Source: Ktedonobacterales bacterium (lineage in GTDB: Bacteria; Chloroflexota; Ktedonobacteria; Ktedonobacterales; JADMIN01). Taken from it: 32,000 nucleotides of DNA. The stretch is taken from contig DASVZK010000049.1 in the NCBI GenBank assembly GCA_036391685.1, positions 1 through 32,000 on the forward strand. Reading direction: 5' to 3'. Within the stretch, counting starts at the first letter, position 1, and each line of letters starts with the position of its first letter. The notes under the pieces are model-generated. The model did not search any database and was not told the origin of the DNA. It saw nothing but the letters and a program-made list of their open reading frames with translations. A program made the translations under genes and the position numbers. This document shows positions 8,378 to 15,900 of this stretch, piece by piece.

Positions 8378-8920
8378 ATGGGCAGGCTCAGTGGCAAGAC
8401 GGTTGGAGTCTTCGTGGCGGAGGGCTTCGAGGACCTGGAGTTTTGGGTCCCGCTGATGCGGATACGTGAGGAGGGCGCCCGCGCGCTGGTGATCGGCCTC
8501 TCGTCGGAGACTGTGACGGCCAAGCACTGCCTGACGGCGACGCCTGATGTCACCGCGGACCAGGTGGACGCCGCGACGCTGGATGGGCTGGTGGTTCCGG
8601 GAGGATGGGCGCCAGATAAGCTGCGGCGCAGCGAGGATGTGCTGCGTATCACGCGCGCGGTCTATGAAGCGGGCAAGCCGGTCGGCGTGATCTGCCACGG
8701 TGGGTGGGTCGCCGCGTCGGCGGGCATCGTGCGCGGCATGCGTGTCACCGGTTCGCGCGGCATCCGTGACGACATGGTGAACGCCGGCTCCACCTGGGTT
8801 GACGAGCCCGCTTTCCGCTCCGGCAATGTTGTCTGGGGCCGCGTCGTTGAGGATATCCCCGACTTCCTGCGCGAACTGATCGCCGCGCTGGTAGACCATG
8901 CGCAGGCGGCGCAACGGTAG
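8378..8920 (+). CDS. DJ-1/PfpI family protein (class I glutamine amidotransferase-like)
   Basis: GKTVGVFVAEGFEDLEF, LVVPGGWAP and the nucleophile-elbow motif VICHGGW. GAAGGAGG SD at 8362-8369 supports the ATG at 8378. Confidence 0.85.
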   Translation: MGRLSGKTVGVFVAEGFEDLEFWVPLMRIREEGARALVIGLSSETVTAKHCLTATPDVTADQVDAATLDGLVVPGGWAPDKLRRSEDVLRITRAVYEAGKPVGVICHGGWVAASAGIVRGMRVTGSRGIRDDMVNAGSTWVDEPAFRSGNVVWGRVVEDIPDFLRELIAALVDHAQAAQR

Positions 8921-8933
8921 GGGCTAACGAAAG

Positions 8934-9016
8934 ACGCCGGGCGACAAATGGTCTGTGAGTTTGCATCCCAGGTCCAAGCCCGGTGCGAATGAATCCTACA
9001 ATCAGCCACCCGGCGT
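8934..9016 (-). ncRNA. Y-RNA-like unit Y5 (83 nt)
   Basis: The 12-bp closing helix ACGCCGGGTGGC / GTCGCCCGGCGT has all positions paired (2 G.U). Shares the 5' GGC-UG and 3' UUUGUC signature of the other units. Followed by a U-rich stretch CTTTCGTT. Confidence 0.6.
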
Positions 9017-9033
9017 TCCGTGTGAGGTGAAAA

Positions 9034-9179
9034 GCGCCGCGAGACAAGAGGCGACGAAGCTGATTGGGCCGAAGCCCAGGCGCTCTGCCGATTGAGCTAC
9101 GCGCGCCGAAGCGCGCGGCGGGACTCGAACCCGCGACTTATCTATCCACGAAGGAGCCCTATCTACAGCCTCACGGCAC
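9034..9179 (-). ncRNA. Y-RNA-like unit Y4 (146 nt), YrlA-type with a complete permuted tRNA-like module
   Basis: 12-bp closing helix GTGCCGTGAGGC / GTCTCGCGGCGC (3 G.U). Internally, in order: AAGTC, T-arm GCGGG-TTCGAGT-CCCGC, a 7-bp acceptor-like stem CGCGCGC/GCGCGCG capped by TTCG, then TA and D-arm GCTC-AATCGGCA-GAGC-G. Followed by TTTT. Confidence 0.75.
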
Positions 9180-9215
9180 GCTAAACAAACCGGAATGCCG
9201 GACGCCCGGCCGGAA
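9180..9215 (-). terminator. Terminator-like element between units Y3 and Y4
   Basis: Minus strand reads TT-CCGG-CCGG-GCGT-CCGG-CATT-CCGG-TTTGTTT. This is an interrupted 8-bp CCGG stem followed directly by a U-rich tract. Confidence 0.35.
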
Positions 9216-9290
9216 GCGCCAGGTGACAAGGAATTGGTGAGGGCTTGTCGATTAGAAGTCGAAGTATCCCCACCAGCAGCCACCCAGCGC
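9216..9290 (-). ncRNA. Y-RNA-like unit Y3 (75 nt, short YrlB-like form)
   Basis: 12-bp closing helix GCGCTGGGTGGC / GTCACCTGGCGC (3 G.U). Second helix GGTG-GGG / CCC-T-CACC. 5' GGC-UG and 3' CUUGUC signature. Confidence 0.65.
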
Positions 9291-9364
9291 GCTGGTATGC
9301 TGAGTATCGCCCATTGGAATGCCTGGCGACAAGCGACGACCCACAAGGACATCGAAAGGCGTGA

Positions 9365-9485
9365 GCGTCTCGCGACAAAACAGATGACGACGTTAGATCT
9401 GGCCCGCGCGGGCCAGACCGGCGGACGAGGCCGGATTGTTCGGTAAGGAAAAGCGAAGGAACGCCGCCCAGCAGCCGCAAGACGC
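9365..9485 (-). ncRNA. Y-RNA-like unit Y2 (121 nt)
   Basis: 12-bp closing helix GCGTCTTGCGGC / GTCGCGAGACGC (2 G.U). Second helix GGCGGCG / CGTCGTC. Apical perfect 20-nt palindrome TCTGGCCCGCGCGGGCCAGA at 9398-9417. Confidence 0.65.
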
Positions 9486-9504
9486 GATGGTGGAGTGCGG
9501 GCAA

Positions 9505-9611
9505 GCGCTCCGCGACAAGAAGCGATGACGTCTCTCACTGACGCTTGCGCGCCAGGTCTGGAGTCGAACCAGAAGAACCACGAAGGAACGCCACCTACAG
9601 CCGCGAAGCGC
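9505..9611 (-). ncRNA. Y-RNA-like unit Y1 (107 nt), with a partial tRNA-like module
   Basis: Starts 14 nt after the rsr stop. 12-bp closing helix GCGCTTCGCGGC / GTCGCGGAGCGC (2 G.U). Second helix GGTGGCG / CGTCATC. T-arm mimic TCTGG-TTCGACT-CCAGA at 9557-9573, followed by a GCAA-capped 6-bp hairpin TGGCGC/GCGTCA. Confidence 0.7.
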
Positions 9612-9625
9612 TCGGCCTTCGCACA

Positions 9626-12448
9626 CTAGGGCAACAGGGAGACCTGCCGGATCGCCTCGACCTGCGAGGCGCCGCCGCGCGCCATCAGGGCGATGAAGCC
9701 CAGCGCGCCGCTGTCCCAGCCATAGAGGTAGTAGCAGCCCGGCTCATCCGGCGGGACCACCGCGTGCCTGTACGGCATGAGTTGCAGGAAGAAGACCAGA
9801 AGCTCCGGGTTGACCCGCTTCTTGTACTCGCGGATCAGGTCCAGCGCGCCGCGGTTCTTCGTCAGGTGGTCTACCCACGACTCACTGTCGGTAATGAAGA
9901 TCGCCACGTCGTAGCGCCGCGCGCTCTTCCCCTTGGAGCCGAAGGCGTACTCCAGCGGCGCCGAGAGGCTGGTGCCGCCGCCGTAGCCACTGACCGCCTG
10001 CGCGATCTTCGACAGCGACTGCCCGTTGTGGACATCGCGCGGGCGCGCCTCGGTGTCAAAGCTGACGATCTCGCCGCGCGCCGCCTTCAGGAACGCCGCC
10101 GCCGCGAAGACCGCCGCGATCTCCGCCATCGTCATATCTGACTTCGGCGAGGGCCGCGAAGACATCGAGCCGCTGATGTCGTTGGCGATCAGGACGCGGT
10201 TGCCCAGCTCTGGCATGTTGGCGACGCTCAACTCGAGCGCCGTCTCCAGCGCCTCCCTGATCTCCACCACCCCTGCGGTGTTCACGTCCTGCTTCTCCAG
10301 CGCCTTGAGCGCCGAGATGAAGCGGAACGGGAACTGCTTCGACTCCGCCACGCGCTTGGGGTCCGCCAGCGTGTTGGTGATGTGCCGCAATGCCGGCCTG
10401 TCCGCCGTGACACCGTACTTGATCATATTATTCAGGTTGCGAAGGCAGTTTCCGGTGACTATCCCGTTGGCCACCAAGAGGTTTGATGGTTCCACAGTGA
10501 CGCAATACACGGGCTTCTCTCCGCTATCCTCAATTGCGACAACTTGGTCGAACGCCACTGAAGGATCGTGACCATACATGGCGCTCGTCGTTGGACGGAC
10601 ATGCGTGAGGCGACTGGCTACTGAAGCCAACTTATCGGCCTTGTAGCCGATGCGCAGAGGCAAGAGCTGAGCCAGGCGAACAACAGCAGTCGCGCGAGAC
10701 ACCTCCACGATATGAATGGGATGACGACTGATGATGGTTTCGCCTTGCTTGGCCTTAGCCATGTAGCTACGCACACGGTTCATGACACCAAATCTTAGAA
10801 GGGCATCGGAGACCTGCTGCGCTAATTTGGCCGAAACAGTCGCATATTCCACACTGGTGTGGAATATTCCCTTGGGATTCGTGCGCTCATGCACGTGTCC
10901 ATCGGTATCGATCAGGCCTGAAAGGCAGCCGATCCAAAACGCTGCACTGAAAGGCTTGTTCGGAAGCGACGTCACTTCGCATCGCAAACCCCATACGTCG
11001 AACTCTCGCAATATCTCAGTAAGGGGGTTACGCTTCCATAGCTTGAAGGGGAATCGCAAGCGCACGATCTTATCAGTATTCGTGGCCGAGATTTCTGTGA
11101 CGCGGCAGGCATGGGCCTCTGCGTACTGTCGCATGAACGCAACTGCGCCATCATTGGGATCGCCATGGAATTCTGGCGTCACAGAAGTCATCCCGCCGTC
11201 GCCTAGCATCGCGCCTACAAAGTAGCCATCATCCTGGCTGCCCAACGAGCCAAAGAAGGCAGCTGTCAAAGGAGATGGAATGTGATCTCCCGCAGCTAAT
11301 TCTGCTGTAGTGCGCCACTCCCATGACTTTCTACCATTACCGCGTCGTTGTGCGATCCAGCGATGATCCAGCGTAGCGTCAAGTACGCGGCCAGAACGGA
11401 AACGAACTGTCTTTACCGGTTGCACGCCGTTGGCTATCCACTCAGATGGTGTTGTTGATACGAGATGGCCTACCTCGTGATCTCGCGGAGGTTGCGACTG
11501 AGGCCCATAGTGAACCGGGCGCGTATCCCATGCTTTGGTGTAGGAGAGCGCCTGCAACTTGTTCTCAACCACATCCTCGATAGGCGCCGTTGTACCGTCT
11601 GCGAGCCAAATAGGTGTGCCTTCAGCCAAACATGCCATGTACGGCATCTGGTACAGCATCGCCGTCCAGACCGCCGCCGATCCGCTGACCTGCGCGGTCA
11701 CGACCTCCCACGGCAGGCGGCTCTCAGCGATCAGGCTAAGCAGCCGCTTCTCGCCATCAGGCGCCGGCTCGCCGCGGTAGGCCCTGGCCTCGGTCTTGAA
11801 CGCCTCGTAGCCGGCGATCTGGGCCAGCCCGTCAGCAACCTCGCCCTTGACCAGGTAGCGCGCGATGTCGTTCGCGGCGCCCGCCAGCTTCGGGCGGGTG
11901 AGGCGGTAGATGTCGCGCAGGCTCATCTCCTGGGACTCGGCGCCATATTTGATCGCGTGGTACTCGCTCATCGCGCCCAGCCAGCGGCCAGCGGCGCGCT
12001 GCACGAGCTTGCCCATGCCGCGCAGCTTCTTCGCGCGGATGAGGCTGATGACGTCCTGCAGGTCGCCCGGGGTGCGCACGACGCGCGGGAAGATCAGGCG
12101 GAACATCTCCTTGGCGTCCTCGTTGGGCGCGGCGGAGAGCGCCACCAGCGCGGTCAGCGGCGCGAGGCGCATCAGGCCCTCGTTGCGGGCGTAGACGATC
12201 GCCTGCGCCAGGTAGCGCGGATCCTTCGCCGCGAAAGCGGCGAAGAGCGCCAGCGCCTCCTCAGCCAGTTCCTGCGCGGATGCGTAAACGGTTGGCTCCA
12301 GCATGCCGGTCCTGAGGACACGCGCCAGCGCCTCCTCGTCGCTGCGGGAGAAGGTGGGCGCGCCCTCGTAGTTCGTCTCGGTGGCCACGTCATAGGCCCC
12401 CGGCGCGAACAGGCGAGTGATCTTGGTTGCCTTGGTCTTTGGCTTCAT
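9626..12448 (-). CDS. rsr: Ro60 orthologue Rsr (TROVE + vWA/MIDAS) carrying an in-frame intein; 940-aa precursor, about 545-aa spliced product
   Basis: Exteins align by eye to Ro60. VWTAMLYQMPYMA|CLRNLNNM matches human [21 protein letters not shown]. MIDAS motif NDISGSMS, GGGTSLSAP, FITDSESW, and a C-terminal GWDSGALGFI matching GFDTGALDVI. Residues 273-667 form an intein. Confidence 0.9.
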   Translation of the reverse strand: MKPKTKATKITRLFAPGAYDVATETNYEGAPTFSRSDEEALARVLRTGMLEPTVYASAQELAEEALALFAAFAAKDPRYLAQAIVYARNEGLMRLAPLTALVALSAAPNEDAKEMFRLIFPRVVRTPGDLQDVISLIRAKKLRGMGKLVQRAAGRWLGAMSEYHAIKYGAESQEMSLRDIYRLTRPKLAGAANDIARYLVKGEVADGLAQIAGYEAFKTEARAYRGEPAPDGEKRLLSLIAESRLPWEVVTAQVSGSAAVWTAMLYQMPYMACLAEGTPIWLADGTTAPIEDVVENKLQALSYTKAWDTRPVHYGPQSQPPRDHEVGHLVSTTPSEWIANGVQPVKTVRFRSGRVLDATLDHRWIAQRRGNGRKSWEWRTTAELAAGDHIPSPLTAAFFGSLGSQDDGYFVGAMLGDGGMTSVTPEFHGDPNDGAVAFMRQYAEAHACRVTEISATNTDKIVRLRFPFKLWKRNPLTEILREFDVWGLRCEVTSLPNKPFSAAFWIGCLSGLIDTDGHVHERTNPKGIFHTSVEYATVSAKLAQQVSDALLRFGVMNRVRSYMAKAKQGETIISRHPIHIVEVSRATAVVRLAQLLPLRIGYKADKLASVASRLTHVRPTTSAMYGHDPSVAFDQVVAIEDSGEKPVYCVTVEPSNLLVANGIVTGNCLRNLNNMIKYGVTADRPALRHITNTLADPKRVAESKQFPFRFISALKALEKQDVNTAGVVEIREALETALELSVANMPELGNRVLIANDISGSMSSRPSPKSDMTMAEIAAVFAAAAFLKAARGEIVSFDTEARPRDVHNGQSLSKIAQAVSGYGGGTSLSAPLEYAFGSKGKSARRYDVAIFITDSESWVDHLTKNRGALDLIREYKKRVNPELLVFFLQLMPYRHAVVPPDEPGCYYLYGWDSGALGFIALMARGGASQVEAIRQVSLLP
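10448..11632 (-). mobile_element. Class-1 intein with LAGLIDADG homing endonuclease (395 aa, residues 273-667 of Rsr)
   Basis: Block A CLAEGTPIWLADG (Cys1, TGT at 11630-11632). Block B TLDH. LAGLIDADG motifs YFVGAMLGDGGM and CLSGLIDTDGHV. Block F VYCVTVEPSNLLVANG. Block G IVTGN followed by +1 Cys (AAC 10448-10450, TGC 10445-10447). GC hand-counted on 60-nt lines: 48-55% inside versus 65-72% in the exteins. Confidence 0.88.
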
Positions 12449-12639
12449 GGCGCATCACCCCTCGCGGCGGCTGGACCGACGGCGCGTCTCCATCGCGCCG
12501 TTCTTCAGCCGCCGGGGAAGGAGTGTAGCATCCGCGCGTCCCGCCCGCTATCGCCCAGCGGGCGATCCTTTCCGCCCGCTGCGCCCGCCCGCTTCATCAC
12601 CCCCACGGTGAGCTCGCGCCGTCGCTCGATCGCCAGGTC

Positions 12640-12668
12640 TTGACATAGCGCGCGAGACGCGGTACCTT
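12640..12668 (+). promoter_or_regulatory. Candidate sigma70-type promoter upstream of gltB
   Basis: TTGACA (12640-12645), 17-nt spacer, TACCTT (12663-12668). This would give a leader of about 265 nt. Pattern match only. Confidence 0.3.
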
Positions 12669-12771
12669 CTGCGCATACCTTTTTACACAGTCTGCAAGTG
12701 TGGCCCTCGTGACCAATGCCAGCGGCGGGAGCGTTGTTTGCTCACCCCGCGCGGCGGCCAGAATAGGCATT

Positions 12772-12830
12772 GCAGCCTCCCTCGCCCCCGACGCCTCCTT
12801 GGCGCGGGCGAAGGAGGCTGCGCGCGTTTT
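12772..12830 (+). promoter_or_regulatory. Structured element in the gltB leader with mutually exclusive hairpins and a downstream T-run
   Basis: GCAGCCTCC (12772-12780) and GCCTCCTT (12793-12800) can each pair perfectly with AAGGAGGCTGC (12811-12821). TTTT at 12827-12830. Confidence 0.3.
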
Positions 12831-12938
12831 CCGGCATCTTTCGGGCCACATGCGACGCAAGCGCGGCGGCCCGCGGACGAGGTCGCCAGCGTGGCCAGCC
12901 CACCTCTGACCTCATCACCTCAGGAAAGAGGCGCGCTC

Positions 12939-15900
12939 ATGGCACAAGGACATCATGGGGGGCAGGCGTCAGGAGACGCTCATCAGCGACGCGAACAGTC
13001 CATTACATCTAGTGTGACGCCGCAGACGCGAAGAGATTACCCCCTGTATGACCCGGCGTTTGAGCGCGACGCTTGCGGAACAGGCTTTGTCGCCAACATC
13101 TCCGGCGCGCGCGACCACCGTATCCTCGAGCGGGCGCTGGAGGCCCTGCGCAACCTCGCGCACCGCGGCGCTATGGACGCCAGCGCGGAAGCCAGCGACG
13201 GCGTTGGCGTGCTCACGCAGATTCCGCTCGGCCTGCTCAATCGCTGGCTGGCGGGGCGCGGGCTGACACGAGGAGCGGAAGGCGCGCTCGCGGCGGGGAT
13301 GGTCTTCCTGCCGCGGGATGATGACCCGGCGGCCCGCGCGCGGATGGCGCTGGATGACGCGCTGACGCGGCGCGGCGCGCGAGTCTTGGCCTGGCGCGTG
13401 GTTCCGACGTCTGACGAGGCGATCGGCGAGCGGGCGCGGCGGGTGCGCCCACGTATCGAGCAGCCGCTCGCGCTCCGTCCGGATGGCATGGGCGGCGACG
13501 CGTTCGAGCGGCTGCTCTATCTCGCGCGCAAGGAGGCTGAGGCGCGCTGGCGCGAGGACGGGCTCATGGACGCGTATGTCGCGTCGCTCTCCGCCCGCAC
13601 GATGGTCTATAAAGGATTGCTGACCGCTGAGACCTTGCCACGCTTCTACCCCGACCTGCTAGACCCCGACTACACAAGCGCGCTGGCCCTCTTCCATCAG
13701 CGCTACAGCACCAATACCTTCCCAAGCTGGCGGCTGGCGCAGCCGATGCGCCTGCTAGCCCACAATGGTGAGATCAACACCATCCAGGGCAACCGCAACT
13801 GGATGACGGCGCGCGAGGGCGAGTTGGAGGACGGCTGGGGCGCGGAGGCGCGCTGGCTACGGCCAGTCATCGAGCCGGAGGGCAGCGATTCCACCAGCCT
13901 CGACAACGCGCTCGAACTGCTCACCCGCTCCGGGCGGACGCTGGGCCACGCGCTGACACTGCTCGCGCCTCCTGCCTGGGAGACGCGCGATGACCTGGAG
14001 CCGCGGACGCGCGCCTTCTTCGCCGCGCAGGCCCCGGTGATCGAGCCCTGGGATGGCCCGGCCGCGCTGGTCTTCAGCGATGGCGCGTATGTGGGCGCCG
14101 CGCTCGACCGCAACGGCCTGCGCCCGCTGCGCTACGCGCGCGACGCGGATGGCTTGCTCGTGGTCGCCTCGGAGACGGGCGTCATCCCGCTGGATGAGGC
14201 GCGCGTTCTCGCGCGCGGGCGTCTGGGGCCGGGGCAAATGCTGCGGCTGGATACGGCGACCGGCCAATTGGCGCTGGATAGCGACGTGAAGGAAGCGCTG
14301 GCGACGCGGCGGCCATATGCGGACTGGGAGCGGCGCCACATCGTTACCGCGCCCACGTCGCGCGCGACCCGCGCGACGGGCGCCGAACCGCGCGCCGCGA
14401 CGCCCGAGGCGCTGCTGCCGCGCCAGGCGCTGCATGGCTACACCCATGAGGACATCGAGCTCATCCTGCGGCCGGCGATCACTGGCGGCCAGGAAGCCGT
14501 GTGGAGCATGGGAGATGACGCGCCGCCCGCTGTCTTCTCCAGCCAGCCACAGCGGCTCGCGGCCTACTTCCGCCAGCGGTTCGCGCAGGTCACCAACCCG
14601 CCCATAGACTCGCTGCGTGAGCGGCTGGTCATGTCGCTGACCACCTACCTCGGGTCACGGCCCGCGCTCCTGGCGGACACTGAGCCGGAAGATATCCTGC
14701 TGCGCCTGGAGTCGCCGCTGCTTGATGAGGCGGCGCTACGGCAGGTCATCAGCGCGGCGCGCACGCATGGCTTGCCCGTCTCGCGCCTCAGCATGGCCTA
14801 TCAGCCCGCGGAAGACGGGGCGGACGGCGCGGGGGCTCTGGCGGCGGCGCTCGACGCGCTCGACACGCGAGCGCTCGACGCAGTCCGCGCTGGCGCGCGG
14901 ATGGTCATCCTTTCCGATCATGACGTCGCGGAGGGTGAGGCGGTGATTACCGCGCCGCTGGCGGTCTCCGCCGTCCACCAGGCGCTGGGGCGGATGGGGC
15001 TGCGCGCACGGGTGGGACTGGTCGCGGAGACGGGCGGCGTTTGGGACACGCATGCGCTGGCGCTGCTGATTGGCTTCGGCGCGAACGCTGTTTGCCCCTA
15101 TCTGGCGCTGGAGACGGCGCGGGCGCTGGCCGGGACGCGCGGTCTGGAGGAGCTGGCGCCCGGCGAAGCGGCATTAAACCTGCGCCGCGCGCTGGAGAAG
15201 GGGCTGCTGAAGATCCTGGCGCGCATGGGTCTCTCGACGCTGGAGAGCTACCTGGGCGCGGGACTCTTCGAGGCGACCGGGCTGGCGCCCGACCTCATCG
15301 CCCGCTACTTCCCCGGCGTTTCCGCCACCCTGGATGGCCTGGACCTGGCGGGGATTGACCAGCGGGCGCGCGCATGCCGCGACGACGCCGCGCGCCTCGA
15401 CGCCATCCTCGCGCCCGACGACGCTGGGGATAGCGCGGTCGCCGCGCTGCGCCAGCGGCTGGCTGACCGCGGCTTCGTGCGCTTCCGCCGCAACGCGGAA
15501 TACCACAGCGCCAATCCAGTGGTCGTCAAGGCGCTGCAGCAGGCGGCGCGCAGCGACGACCCGGACGCCTACCGCCGCTACGCCGAGCAGGTCCACGCCC
15601 GGCCGCCCGCCGCCATTCGCGACGCGCTGGCTTTCCGTCCGGCGCGAGCCATCCCGATAGACGAGGTAGAGCCAGCGGCCAGCATCGCGCGGCGCTTTGT
15701 CGGCTCGGCGATGTCGCTCGGCTCACTCAGCCCGGAGACGCACCAGGCCGTCACGCTGGCGTTCAATATGCTCGGCGCGCGCAGCAATACCGGCGAGGGC
15801 GGCGAGGACCCCGCCCGCTTCCGCGCTGTGGTCGATGGCGTGCCGGCCAACAGCCGGGTGAAACAGGTGGCCTCAGGGCGTTTCGGCGTGACGGCCGCCT

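Noticed and set aside
9081-9139. Possible tRNA gene on the minus strand (canonical T-arm, 7-bp acceptor, D-arm with GG)
   Set aside because: The element order is T-arm, acceptor, D-arm. The acceptor stem is closed by a UUCG loop, so there are no free 5'/3' ends or CCA site, and there is no anticodon arm. It is a tRNA mimic inside a Y-RNA-like unit, not a tRNA.
9002-9538. 178-aa minus-strand ORF, plus ORFs 9181..9504 and 9195..9446, in the rsr-DJ-1 gap
   Set aside because: Arg/Ala/Ser-rich low-complexity translations with no SD and no recognisable family. The ORFs span several of the structured RNA units, so they are best explained as chance open frames in GC-rich non-coding DNA.
8934-9611. 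CRISPR-like array, considered because of the recurring GGCTG... and CTTGTC... motifs
   Set aside because: The recurring motifs are short and non-identical, and their spacing is irregular (75-146 nt units). Each 5' motif pairs with a downstream 3' motif to form a helix. No cas genes are present.
12480-12500. Hairpin CGGCGCG-TCTCCAT-CGCGCCG followed by TTCTTC on the plus strand, resembling a terminator
   Set aside because: No plus-strand gene ends upstream of it. It lies in the rsr 5' leader when read on the minus strand, where it has no U-tract. It may be a leader structure, but there is nothing to support a call.
11465-12643. 392-aa plus-strand ORF antisense to rsr
   Set aside because: A shadow ORF opposite a well-supported gene, with an Arg/Leu/Ala-rich translation. 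The same reasoning applies to 3881..5110(-), 2915..3766(-), 28881..30047(+), 30871..31836(-), 23141..24112(-), 16196..16960(-) and 16902..17708(-).
12738-12938. Upstream extension of gltB to the first in-frame start (1655-aa form)
   Set aside because: The extension is Arg/Pro-rich without homology and covers the structured leader. The ATG at 12939 has a good SD and leaves a plausible propeptide before the catalytic Cys.
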